This document shows positions 14,301 to 27,000 of a stretch of 64,000 nt of DNA, one piece after another (position 1 is the first letter of the stretch; each line of letters opens with the position of its first letter). Source of the stretch: Nemertoderma westbladi. Lineage: Eukaryota; Animalia; Xenacoelomorpha. The position numbers were made by a program, and so were the translations under genes. Location of the stretch: the NCBI GenBank assembly GCA_032718475.1, contig JAUCBJ010008367.1, positions 1 to 64,000 on the forward strand. The letters are read 5' to 3'. The notes under the pieces are model-generated. The model saw only the letters and a program-made list of their open reading frames with translations. It searched no databases and was not told where the DNA came from.

Positions 14301-16157
14301 TTATAGGAGTTTCCACTTCACTAGCAGTATAGATGCGTGTAGGCTCCACACCTTGCGCATGAAATACTTCAGACCTAACAGGTTGACACATTGTTACAGG
14401 GGGTGGTGGTATACCCTTTTGTGTATTTACTAATTTATCGCGTTCTAATGCGATACTCTGCTGCACTTCTTGCAACTCTAACTTACTTTCCCTTACTGTT
14501 CCTTTAAACTGATGAACAGTCTCCTGCATCTGCCCGAGCAGGAGATTCATCCCCCGCCGCCCCTCATCCACCCACTCGACCGCCGAAGCGGGAGCCGCCA
14601 ACGTAGTAGCGGGTAGACGAGGGACAACGGGCGACAAATCATTGATCTTTCGCTCGGAGTCCAGGACAGGAACTGTCTCAGGGGTTGTTTTGTGGGGCAC
14701 AGGTAGTTTAGTACTGTGCAAAGGGAATTTAGCGGTAGGTTCTGGGAGTACAGGTGTCTCTATCACCGAAGGGGTGATTTCAAGAACAGGCCTAATTATT
14801 TCAGGCTCATCTACTATAGTAGGGAGTCTTTCTATTTTAATTATTTGGTCTGTGGGTTCTGTACTACCTAAGTCTGTGTTAGTTAGTTGCCTTCTAACAG
14901 CTGGGGGCAAATCAGGCAATTTCTGACAGTGGGACATTCTTCTACGTCTGCTTAGACGAGATCTATTTCCTCCGCCTTCAGGATCGCTGGTATCGCCTTC
15001 ATCAGATGATGTATATCCCTGTCTTTTGGGAGTAGATCGATTCATCATCTGCATATTACTAGCTGTTAACTGTTTATTTATGCAGTCTTGATTCTCGAGC
15101 ACAAGCTTGGCTCCTTCACTATTAGGGCTAAGTCCAGACAGCCGTCTCCTCAACTCTTCGTCACCTACAAATCGTTGATAGTCCGACAGATAGATGTCAA
15201 TAGCATCCCTCTCATGCGGTTTCTCTGCCGTCGCTTCACTTTCCACTTGGGAAAATGTAGCGTCTGTTGATTCTCCATGGGTTGAGCGCTCAGCCAGCTG
15301 AGATTTCCACTGGGCAGTTCCTTGAACTTGGAGACTCACCCGCTGAAACCAAGTCTTTACGGCAACTTGCAACGACGTGTCTTGTCTTCTTTTCGAAGCC
15401 TCCTCAAAGGCAGATAAGATTAGTCTGATTCGTAGAATTCTTTCTCTAACTTGATAAAGCAGCTCTCCCTGCTCTTGAGGTCCTTGGGGTTGTCGAAACA
15501 GTTGTTCCTTTAATCGCTCCATAGAGCTGAAGAATCCCTGTACGTATCCTGCTGCTGACCTCTTCCACACAGCTGGATCGCTGGTTTCTTTTGTCACTCC
15601 CATCCTGTATATGTCTTCCCAGGCAGCTTCCAATAAGTCAAACGGGAGTCCGGGTCCGGGGAAGTTCCATTGCGACTCGACAATAGACTTCAGTTCTTCC
15701 CTTGTGTATCCCGCATAACTATCCTTGGTCGATCGCTTACTTCTCGCCCAATCAATTTGGTGTTCCCCCACCGCAATCAATACCCTAGTGAGTACGGCTG
15801 CAGGAAGGATGAGAAGGGGATCCGAATAAACCGCATCTGCCATCTTTGCTCCGCGCTCGGGTGTCAGCTCTACAGTATCCGCACTACTGGAGCTGTCGGT
15901 CGCTGAGAAATAAGTTCTCGGCTCGAGTGTTGCTGCTGTTCGGCTGCTTCTTGGTCCCGCTTGACCTGAGCTCGAGTGCCTATGATAGACCTACGGTGTT
16001 GGACTAGCCTAGGGTCTGATACTACTACTGGAGGGATGATCTTTCTTACAGTAGGACGTGAGTTGAACTTTGGTCTCACACGTTCTACACTCCTGTCTGG
16101 GTCACAGATGGTTGTATCTAGGAGACTGTCTGACAGGTTTTGCTTTGTGTCAGATAT
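8388..16157 (-). pseudogene. BEL/Pao gag-pol, disrupted (ORF pieces 15870-16079, 13627-15843, 9940-13626, 8388-9917)
   Basis: Gag CCHC cluster, protease LLDSGS, RT YMDD, RNase H HVFGDAS, integrase GVDLFGP/SDKGTNF. Nonsense at 13627 (GAA>TAA vs B); frameshifts near 15900 and 9990. Confidence 0.93.
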
Positions 16158-16348
16158 TGAGATACTGTCTCAGGCCCGGAGATACTAAGTCCGGCCCGGA
16201 GATACTAAGTACGGCCCGGAGATACTAAGTCCGGCCCGGAGATACTATCTCAAGTCCGGAGATACTATCTCAGGCCCAGAGATATCAGGGAGGGAAATTC
16301 AAATTAAGTATTTAAGTGGGTGGCGGGTGGGGTTGTGCACTGGCTGAA

Positions 16349-17288
16349 TATCTCCGGGCCTGAGATAGTATCTCCGGGCCGGACTTAATATCTCCGGGCC
16401 TGAGATAGTATCTCCGGGCCGGACTTAATATCTCCGGGCCTGAGATAGTATCTCCGGGCCGGACTTAGTATCTCTGGGCCTGAGATAGTATCTCTGGGCC
16501 GGACTTAGTATCTCCGGGCCGGACTTAGTATCTCCGGGCCGGACTTAGTATCTCTGGGCCTGAGATAGTATCTCCGGGCTGGACTTAGTATCTCTGGGCC
16601 GGACTTAGTATCTCCGGGCCAGACTTAGTATCTCCGGGCCGGACTTAGTATCTCCGGGCCGGACTTAGTATCTCCGGGCCGGACTTAGTATCTCCGGGCT
16701 GGACTTAGTATCTCCGGGCCGGACTTAGTATCTCCGGGCCGGACTTAGTATCTCTGGGCCGGACTTAGTATCTCCAGGCCGGACTTAGTATCTCCGGGCT
16801 GGACTTAGTATCTCCGGGCTGGACTTAGTATCTCCGGGCCGGACTTAGTATCTCCAGGCCTGAGATAGTATCTCTGGGCCGGACTTAGTACCTCTGGGTC
16901 GGACTTAGTATCTCCGGGCTGGACTTAGTATCTCCGGGCCGGACTTAGTATCTCTGGGCCGGACTTAGTATCTCCAGGCCTGAGATAGTATCTCCGGGCC
17001 GGACTTAGTATCTCCGGGCCGGACTTAGTATCTCCGGGCCAGACTTAGTATATCCGGGCTGGACTTAGTCTTTCCGGGCCGGACTTAGTATCTCCGGGCC
17101 GGACTTAGTATCTCCGGGCCGGACTTAGTATCTCCGGGCCTGAGATAGTATCTCTGGGCCGGACTTAGTATCTCCGGGCCGGACTTAGTATCTCCGGGCC
17201 GGACTTAGTATCTCCGGGCCGGACTTAGTATCTCCGGGCCGGACTTAGTATCTCCGGGCCTGAGATAGTATCTCCGAGCCGGACTTAG
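16349..17288 (-). repeat. 20-bp tandem array, ~47 units, inverted relative to 3774-4038 and 16159-16284
   Basis: Repeats of TATCTCCGGGCCGGACTTAG. Confidence 0.95.
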
Positions 17289-19659
17289 AAAAAAAAAGGG
17301 GAACCAATGTCCCTTTAGGGGCTCCGTACTTATTAGCCAGGGAGCATCTCGTCCTTCCGTAAATGGTAGCTATTCCTAGAGTACTGGAGTTTCCTCTGGG
17401 GAATATAGGTCTTGGGTGACCGCACTGGTAATAATTATTGAGACTTTGTGCGTAATCCCTGGCCTAACGGACGATTTTTTTTGTATCACAATCCATCATT
17501 CGCTCACTCGTTTCATGAAATCTTGGCGAACTTCGAGTGTATCATACTATACCGTCTTGGTCAGTAACTTCTGTCATCCGTGATATATGCCGTTTGGCCC
17601 TTTCGGCCCAGAAATGTGAGTATTAGACGTAAGAGACAGAATTAAAGGATTAAACGGGCGCAATGAAGAATGTCGTACAGTAGGATGATGTACATATGAA
17701 TGAATACGTTCGAATGTACTGTCGATGGACAATTGTCAGACTAAAAGAGCTGAATACTTTCAGTTTACCTAGTGAATAATGTATACAAAGCAGAATGATT
17801 CTTACCTAACCTACCGCGTGGTGAGTCCGTAACGAAAAATTTGTGAGTCCGTAACGCTGTTCTTAAATGATTCAGCTGCAATACAAACCAAGACCATAGA
17901 GACCTAATGGATGGTTTTGATTGGCTGTAAACCAAAAGGAAAATGATTGTCAGTGCAATACACATGCGGGGTGTACTCCAAATTAAAACTGTAAGTACTT
18001 TTCGTTACGCACTCACATAATTCTGTAGTCCAAATCTAAAATTTTTGAAACTTTGAATTCACAATGCTATACTGTCAATATTCAAAATTTTATCAGCAAT
18101 AGCTTCCAATAAATGTTGAATTTTCGGTTGGTGTAATTCTGTCTTAATCAGACAATTTCAATGGTAGTAAGATTATGTCAAAAATGACATGTAATAATTT
18201 CTACAAATTTGAAAATACGTAAAAAAATCTCCTCATATTCTATAATGAAAAACCAGTTGTTACCCTCAAAAAAATTAACAATCCGTCACTTTTTTTAAAA
18301 ATATAATTCTTTCTCGTCATTTTGATACCAAAATTATGCTTATTAGATGACTTTTTATTTTCGACGTAACTGTTTCATCAATGGTGGAATTGCCCTTTGC
18401 AGTACGGTACCAGTACTGTGGTACAGAGTTACCAGCACCGTCTTCAGGTCGTTGGCGCCACCCACCAATCATGCTCGGCAACGGCAACCATGCAGCCATG
18501 GAAGTTTTGAAATTATGCGGACTTAAGACAGACTGACATATTGTCAGGTTGTACCAGCTGACCTTTATTCCATGTTCCGATATCCACTACTGCACTAGGT
18601 ACCCCAACAGCCCAATACTCTGCAATACCCAGCAACGTTTTGGAATTGTACCGGTACTCAAACAACTCGCCATCAAGGCCACAGCCTCTGTCTGCCGCAG
18701 TTTCGTTGGCGACCTCGACTTTTGGTATCGCTACTGCGCTAGCGCTACGGGCAAACTGGACTAACCGATGAGCGAGACCCGAGGACTGAAGAATGCATTT
18801 AATTTTTTTGAGTAGTTTGACTGTGGACTTCTATGACATCGACTTTTAAAGTAAAAGTTTGGTTAAATTTTCTTAAGTATTTATTAAAATTTTTTAAGTA
18901 CCGATTTTGTGATAGAATCGCTCAATTTTAATCTGTATCATCAGTGTGGTGTTCCTTGAGAAAAGGGACCTATTATCGAACTTGACATCTCAAACTTGTA
19001 TTTTTCGGAAGTGGGTGCAAAATGTGGTGCTAGCACCAAATTTTGAAAACCATCAAATATATCAATTGATTGTTTCATCTTGTTTCTTGCGTTATACGGG
19101 TTTCTTAGGGTTCTGAATTCAATGGAATCAATAAAAACAGCACTGACATCGCAAACTTGTACTTTTTGGTGATGGGTACGAAATTTGGTGCTAGCACCAA
19201 AATTTGCCAAATTACGCCGAAAAATACAAGTAGCAATGATCTGGCATGTTTGAAATGTAATCCATTAGAATCAGCGCCCTAGAAAACCTGAAAATGTGAA
19301 ATTATAGCATCGTATAAGTGAATTAAAATTTTGTGTTCTAACTGAAAAGTGCTGGTTACTTGTTTTTTTCATTTTTTTCCTACGCATAGAGGACTGCCAT
19401 TTATGGTAATCATATCATTTTTAATTATTTTACAATGTATTTTGCGCCCCAGAAAACCTGTATTGAAAAACAATTAGCCGAAAAATGTAACTTTCAAATT
19501 TTGTGAAAATTGAGCACTACTTGTAATTTTGGTGATGCAATATTACCACCCCAGTACATTTTTTCGAAAATTTTTTTTTTTGGTCGGATCCAGAATAGTG
19601 ATACCTACGTACTAACAAATGAATCAGACGTTTTCGTTAATATTTGTAGATTTTAGAGG

Positions 19660-19729
19660 GAGGGGTCAATATGACCCCCCCCCCCCGGTATTTGTACAGC
19701 ATTTTATAGCCAGGTACTAATAGGGTTAA
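19660..19729. mobile_element. piggyBac-like MITE terminus (other end not found)
   Basis: Palindrome GGGGTCAATATGACCCC followed by ...ATAGGG|TTAA. Confidence 0.35.
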
Positions 19730-22700
19730 GTACACGCGGGAGGCCAATTTTGGAAATCGGCTGTGATTGGCTGCTACATATTAGACGTCACTACGCAGTG
19801 CTCAGATAATTTCTTCTATTGGTTTCTATGTAGGGTGATTTTAGATCCATTAAAATACACATTTAATCTTAATCATTTCAAACATGCCTTATATCAAATA
19901 AAAGCGGAGAGTCTTGCGCTTCTTTTGAGACTACAATTAATTAAATTCATGGTGAAGAACATGGACATCAATGAACATCAATTCACAATTATAAACTCGC
20001 AGATTGCCTGACCGGTTTGTAAGTAATGTAGTACTGAACCACTCAGCCATATCCACCTATTATTGCATTGCAATATCGGAGTATTGCTGTATTGCACTAA
20101 GTTCATGAAGTTGAAATGTGTACCGGTCAGCGGTAGTGTAAGAGTGGTACAGCGGTACGTTTACTCATCTTAATGAATTTAAGCAACAATACAGCAATAG
20201 GCCTAATCCGACACTGCATGCAATAATAGGTGGCTATAGGATCCTTGCATACGGGGTCAGGCAATCTACGAAGTTGTCAAAATTGCAAACAGTGTTTTAT
20301 CAATATTCATGATCATGAATTTAAGTAATTGTAGTGTTAAAAGACGCGCAAGACTCTACGCTTTCAATTGATATAAAGCCATGTATGAATTGATTGAGAT
20401 TAAATGTGTATTTTAATGGATCTAAAATCACCCTCCATAGAAACCAATGTAAGAAATTATCAGAGCACTGCGTAGTGACGTCAAATATGTAGTAGCCAAT
20501 CACAGCCGATTTTCAAAATTGGCTTCCCGGGCATACTTACTACTAGGATCGGCATGTTGCGTTGCAGCTGCATTTTTAAGAATGCTGTGCCGGCTTGTCA
20601 ACAAAATTGCACCGCCACAACTCCCTATCACCCATGACATTTGCTAGATCATCCGCATCTTCAAGGCCAGTGTCCTTTAAGATGCGTCTCAAGAATGTCA
20701 TGGGCTGTCCACCATGCTTATTCACTCCATGAGGCTGCCAAAGTACAAGATTATGCACTGGCTGCTCCTCACGGCGAAAGCAATGTCCTGCAAAGCGGAG
20801 GCGATTTTGTTCTAGTGTCAAGCTTGGGGGAACCAATGAGACACCTCCAATGTTATATAGTGTCTGGTTGGAGATGTGTGCATTGTACTTGACACAATGA
20901 ACCCGGCGTAGCATTCTTGTGAATGTGCCATCCAGAGATTTGGTGTCCTCAGCAGTTAGAGCCCAGCATGGACTCCCGTAGAGGAGTACTGGAACTACTG
21001 CTGCTCTAAATAATCGGACCTTAAGTTTCCGATTAATTCTCGGTGACTTCCAAATCCTGGAAAGCCTATTCAAGGCTGCCCATGCCTTTCCCTTACGTAT
21101 TCGAAGGTCCTCACCTGACTTCCGGATCCATGATCCCAGGTAACAGAAGTCGTCCACATGCTCAAGCGTACCATCCTTTGAGCTTATGCTCATCCGATCA
21201 GAGACTTGCTGAGGACTTTCAAAGTTAACTGTCAAAAGTTTGGTATTTCTGGAGTTAATAAAAAGACCAACACTAGAAGCAGCATGTTCTAATGAGCTGA
21301 GGAGCCGTTGGGCTCCCTCTAATGTTTCTGAGAGTACTCCTAAGTCATCAGCAAAGTTTAGATCAGTTAGGTACTTGGCAGGATTTCCTCGACTTCTGGA
21401 GCCAGTAGGTGGAGTTATCATCACCCCATCATCATTATGATGATCTAAGGACATGCGTAGAACATAGTCAACCACAATAATGAACAAGAATGGTGCAAGT
21501 GTGTCTCCTTGGAGGACGCCCCATAACACTTCAAATGGTTCTGTGTCACCGTAAACAGTAGACATAAATGTTGTCGAACCATCGTATACTGATCTGATTG
21601 CTGCAATAATTTCATCAGGAATCCCATATTATTAAAGTATGCTGAACATACGTGAGCGAGAGACTGAATCAAAGGCCTTGAAGAAGTCAACAAAGATAAC
21701 AGCCAGATGCCTGTCTTTCTTTTTTGATAATTCTTCAATTATCCTACTAAGTGCCAAAATGGGCTCCATGGTCCCACGACCTTTACGGAACCCATTCTGA
21801 TTTCCACGGAGCAGTCTCTCAATGGGATCCCTGATGCGATTTAATAGAATCCTATTGTATAGCTTTGCAGCAATCGAGATCAATGAGATTCCCCGAAAAG
21901 AACCATAGAGTGTTAGGTTGCCCTTCTTGGGAACTGACACCAACTTATTTGTTTTCATTTCTTGTGGGACTCTTGTTGTTCGGTACATGTCTACTATGAT
22001 GGGATATATGAGCTTTAAACACTCAGGTATTTTAAAGACCTCAGGGGGAACACCATCTACTCCACTGGCACGATTGGTCTTAATGCTCTTTGCAGCAGCC
22101 TTCACTTCTGCAAAGGAGATATTGCCAATGGGAATATCTGGGAGTACAGACTCAGACACTTTTACTTCTATAAAGTTATCAGGCAATACCCTGTCATTAT
22201 TGAGGAGCTTTTCAAAGTGGGCTTTCCAACCATTGAGGCGATCGGCTGGTGATTCAGCCTTAACCTTGGTGGTTGGTTGGCTTTTCCGCCCAGTAAGCAA
22301 GTTGATCTATTTCCATGCCTGGGATGATTGCCTGTTGTCGTCAGCATCATTGATGGCATCAACCTGTTGGTTTATTAGCTCCTGTAGATTAACAGAGTAC
22401 TGCCTGTTCAGGGACCTAGATGCAGCCTTAACTGCATTCTTGGCCGCTGTAGTCTGTTTGAGTCGGGACTCTTTCTGCGCCTTATGAAGGTCATTTCGGC
22501 ACTTCTGAATTTTGTTGTCAGTCCAGGGGGGCCTTTTCCTGTTTCGAGGGTATACAGGAACTGTTTCTGCAGCTGCTAACTTAACTGCTTCTGTAAAGGC
22601 AGTATAGCCCTCACAGTGATCTGCCGCCTCAGAGGCAAGAGCCTCATACCTGTTGCTCAGCTGTAGTGTGAAGCTGGATCTCACACTTGGCTGTTGCAAC

Positions 22701-23374
22701 AGAGAGGACCAGTCATGCCGCGGCAAGGCAGATTTCGTTGTTCTGCTTGCACGCAGACTAAGTCTTACCTTGGCCACAATAAGGCGGTGATCACTGGAGA
22801 AGGGTCGAAGTGTAAATGCATTACAGTCTTGTATAGAGCTCCTGTATTTCCTTAGAAACAGAATATGGTCTATCTGGGACTTGTGACCACTGGGTCCACT
22901 ATGAGTCCATAGCTTTCCAGTTCGCTTCTTTAACTGGGTTCCAGCCGAAAACAATCCATTTCCAGAGATAAAATCCTGAAGATGGACATAATTTCGGTTA
23001 ACACTATTGCTATAGACCCAGGGCGATGTAGGTGATTGATGCAGACTTGCATTAAAGTCTCCCAGGAATGTTAAGAATGCATGCTGATCCACTCCATCAG
23101 TAGCTGCTTGTAGATTGTGGTAGAAATTTTCCACCTCCTCTACAGGGGCAACACTAGTTGGAGAGTAGCACACAATCAGAACGACTTTAGGAAACTTCTT
23201 AGCCAGTCTTCCAGTACATGAGAAGTGGCAACGGATGATGCGGTTAGAGATTTGGTCTATTTTGTCCAATGCTGCATGAAACCAATGTAAGAAATTATCA
23301 GAGCACTGCGTAGTGACGTCAAATATGTAGTAGCCAATCACAGCCGATTTTCAAAATTGGCTTCCCGGGCTTAC
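19730..23374. mobile_element. Palindromic ~810-bp MITE in a TTAA site (Kolobok-like), its right end interrupted by a LINE
   Basis: Arms ~19730-20100 and ~20170-20537 are inverted copies. TTAA at 19726-19729, and the duplicated right terminus ends in TTAA at 23375-23378. Confidence 0.7.
20540..23277 (-). mobile_element. RTE-like LINE, 5'-truncated in the APE endonuclease; ORF disrupted
   Basis: APE motifs GDFNA, QIDHIL, SSDHR; RT motifs QNGFRKGRGT, FVDFFKAFDSV, GVLQGDTLAP, FADD, YLGS. Frameshift near 22305, stops near 21630. (TAG)n tail at 20540; flanked by a 100-bp direct repeat. Confidence 0.9.
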
Positions 23375-25417
23375 TTAAACCCGCCATTTCGAGCGATTCC
23401 ACGTGTTTTTACAAAAAACACATCCCGCCACTCGATTCAGGGCACCTTGTTACCCTTATTTGATTGATTCTAGTCCAAAAAAATTTTCGCGCACCAACGC
23501 TTTTGCTGCTGCTCGTTATGCAATAGTTGCTGCTCGAACCGCTACCAAGTTCTTATCTGCCAAAACCGCTCAACTCTACAGGAACTATCGGTCTCCTCTT
23601 AGGTTTTTTACTATCTTTTTAAACTCAAATTTTAATAATTAAAATAATATTACAGTAGTTTAAAATTGAAGTAAACTGTGTGACCATTTGCCCCGACTGG
23701 GGTCGTATATATAATGTTATAATTATGTACATTAGGGCGGTGCGTTTTTTACTTTTTTTCGATTTCATTGTTCTACCGGTGCACAAAAGTTGCCAAATGG
23801 TAAAAAAATAAGGCATTGTATTGGTTGAATAATGGTTGAATAATGGTTGGCATAATGGTTGAAATTTTGTGCCATCGCGATGCACCACAATGAAATGTAT
23901 AACAATATAACACATTGATGAAAGATCAATGACTCAAAAAAGAACTTCCTGCATGCATCAAATGTCATCAAATGGGTCTAAACTTAGTTAGATACCAAAA
24001 TTTGAATTTTTGGAACAAGGGAAGTAGTGCCACAGGCACATGACCAGAACCTACTCTTTGGCGCAAGTGATGATTATTCTCAATTTTGGTGATGGACAAC
24101 TTTTAGTTCTCCTACGGCATTATTATTATGCTCATTAGAACCGCAATGGCCGATTTACTGGGGGTAGACACCATCAAAACAAGAATAGAGCGAATAGTTC
24201 TTGAGATATTACAGAAAATGTGAAGTACGGCACATGTCAACATTACTGCCTTGATGATTTATAGACAAATACACAAAAACGTTATTTCTAATTATCTTAA
24301 GGCATCAAAAATATACATATCACTGCAACAAATTGATTTAGTGTATACAGAGACCTTCAAAATTAAAGAGTAGTGATTAATTCACTAGAGTTTTTGTACA
24401 AAATGTGTGGAATGGGTCAACTCAATATCAAGTAGTAATTGGTGGACATAGTCTTGACATTTTGTAAAATAACTCAAGAACTAATGACTCTACTCTTATT
24501 CTTCACCCACTATTCCACACATCATTTCTGTGATGTGTCTATTCTTGATTCCTTGAGATAATTCAAAATATCATTTATAGTGTTTTTGTCCATATCACAT
24601 CATCGTATAATTTTTTTGATAGTGGGTTGTTATTAAAATTTTATCACATATAATCGCTTTAATTTAAATGAAAAAATACAGAAAATTCAATAGATTGTGA
24701 TTGAATTTTGAATCCAAGATAGCTCCTTTTTAACGAATTCATTAAAAAGGCTCTATCTTAGAACTTCTATATGGATAGCTCCGTTTTAATAAATTCGTTA
24801 GAAAGGTGCTCGCGCTATCTTAGTTATCCCTCAATTCAATTCAATACAATTCAATTTTAATGTAGCTCTTCTAAAGGTCTAGATTACTGCATGAGATACA
24901 AATTTATATAGGAGTACTTACGACAATAGACATAATTAAACCAGTGTTATGGAATGGAGAGATCATTAGGTATGAAACTTACGGAAATATTAGTTGGGTA
25001 CGAGATATACAATTGAGGCGAATAATTGGATACACAACACACACACAGTTTATTATACACACACAATAAGACTTTATACATACTGTACAGTACACGCACA
25101 GATAAACAGCAATAGCTAGAGTTAAGCGAAGTACACCCAAATAGCATAGCTAGAGCGGGCACTACTACTTGGCTTAATTAGAAGAACAGTGGGCTGCAGA
25201 TCTATAGATAGAGTGATTGCACTTTTAGGTATTGTTATGGTTATGGCAGTTTCTAGATACTGTTAATTGCACTTATACTAAAGAAAAAAAAGCAAGTAAA
25301 AAATAGTTTCTGTGCTCACCGCCGACTCTAATGATGTGACATATACTTATTAGATTTAAAATAGACTAAACTCACTGACTAATAATATTGCTGCTGAATA
25401 GTAAAGAAATTGTGTAA

Positions 25418-26290
25418 GGTGTCATCCATAAATGACGTCACGCTGGACAGGGGGGGGGGGGGGGGGGTTGGTATTTCGTGACAATTTGTGACGAGGGGGA
25501 GGGGGGGTGTCCGCAATATCATGACGTCACATTATAAGTTTCCGATAAAATTACTTTATATATATTAAATACATAACGTGTGTACTTGTATGCTATTATA
25601 CGTGTCTACTATTAAACTATTACCTCTTCCAATGATAACCATTAAAATCTTACATTACGACCTCTACTGCCCTTCCATAATTTGTAAAATTAGAGAGCGT
25701 GTTTGTAAAGAATGTCATATTTACTTTGCATCGACAGTTTGACTAAAAATCTTACATCCCTTCATTGTAGCGGTAGTTCCAAAACCCGTTTTTATTATCA
25801 ATCCCCTGCGACTACTACTAGGATCGGCATGCTGCATTGCTGCTGCATTTTTAAGAATGCTGTACCGGCTTGTCAACAAAATTGCGCCGCCACAACTCCC
25901 TATCACCCATGCATGACATTTGCTAGATCATCCGCATCTTCAAGTCCAGTGTCCTTTAAAATGCGTCTCAAGAATGTCATGGGCTGACCATCATACTGCG
26001 AACACATACCCAGTAGCTGCTGTCCCACCAATGGCCATTATAAGCATGACAGACCACCTGTCGTGCCCATGGGAGCATGTCTGAAAAACTCGTATTACTG
26101 TAATTCAGTAATTTGTAATATTAGTTTATATCTATAGTTTATAGTTGACAAATTTATTCCAGATTTATTGTTCTAATAATATAAGAGTAATTATTTAATG
26201 GGGTAGCCATTTCGTGACGATTTGTGACGAAAGGGGGGGAGGGGGTCTAAAATGTCTATAAAAAACGTGACGTCATTTATGGATGGCCCC
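25418..26290. mobile_element. PIF/Harbinger-type MITE
   Basis: TIRs GGTGTCATCCATAAATGACGTCACG / CGTGACGTCATTTATGGATGGCCCC, flanked by TAA at 25415-25417 and 26291-26293. Confidence 0.8.
25812..25995 (-). mobile_element. ~180-bp 3' fragment of the same RTE-like LINE family, inserted in the Harbinger MITE
   Basis: Matches 20540-20715 including the (TAG)n tail; candidate TSD CTGCGA at 25806-25811 / 25996-26001. Confidence 0.85.
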
Positions 26291-27000
26291 TAATGGGAAA
26301 TATATCATCTGTAAAAAATATAATGTATTCAGGATTTTACTTTTCCCCTTATATATTTTCTGAGATAGCACCTTTTTAAAGAATTCATGGACCAGACGAC
26401 CACTTGCGATTTACCCTCAGTTCACTGGGTTGAATAGTCGCCTTTATACACGGCCCATGAGGTGGTCGGAAGAGTCGAATTGGTCGGCAAAGTCGGCACC
26501 ACCTCTAGTCTACATATAAACTTTTGCCACTTTTAGCGAACCTCTATAGTCTACATATAAACTTTTGCCACTTTTAGCGACCCTCCATATAGTCTATTGT
26601 AGGCCTATGATGATATATGTAAGCCGACCACTTGCGACTCATTCTCAGTTCACTGGATCGAATAGTCGCCTTTATACATGACCCAAGAGTGGTTGGAACT
26701 TGGCCTAACCTAAATACTTCATATGTAAACTAGCCGACTTCTAGCGATCCTCCATACGTCACCTGTGGTCGGCTGTTCGGCTTTCATATATAATAGGTAA
26801 CACACATACACTATAATTTAAATAGACATTAAATATATAATTAATAGTAAATAGAAATAACTGGGCAACTAATATATATAGTACGTAGTTATACCAATTA
26901 ACCAATCAAATGCTATACATGATAATGAGGGAAGGTAATAAGGCCAGTCGCATTGTTATTGGATTTATATAGCCGACCATTGCGTCGATTTTCCCCTTTA

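Larger units (their letters stand above)
4039..16157 (-). mobile_element. BEL/Pao LTR retrotransposon copy A; 5' LTR and leader missing
   Basis: 3' LTR, PPT, accessory ORF remnant, 1.6-kb spacer and gag-pol are colinear with copy B. Homology stops at the gag start codon (ATG mutated to ATA, 16155-16157). Confidence 0.95.
3774..17288. mobile_element. Foldback-type element whose arms are inverted 20-bp tandem arrays; left arm split by BEL copy A
   Basis: Unit CCGGCCCGGAGATACTAAGT (variant CAGGCCCAGAGATACTATCT) runs forward at 3774-4038 and 16159-16284, then a 64-bp spacer, then reverse-complemented at 16349-17288. Termini CTAGGTCCGG...CCGGACTTAG. Confidence 0.65.
2888..18395. mobile_element. 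Non-autonomous DNA transposon with short TIRs (possibly Sola2-like), expanded by nested insertions
   Basis: GGGCAATTCC at 2888 and GGAATTGCCC ending 18395. Subterminal motif GTTACGGACTCAC occurs x4 on the left (2901, 3081, 3248, 3271) and inverted on the right (17821, 17843). Flanks TTTA/TTTG could be a 4-bp TSD with one mismatch. Superfamily is a guess from the GRG terminus. Confidence 0.5.

Noticed and set aside
16349-17288. CRISPR-like regular repeats (also 3774-4038, 28880-29366, 37265-37771)
   Set aside because: Units are head-to-tail with no unique spacers, there are no cas genes, and the context is eukaryotic TE sequence
22307-23341. MIGYYIFDVTTQ... as the LINE ORF start
   Set aside because: These codons come from the duplicated MITE end; the LINE is truncated at 23277
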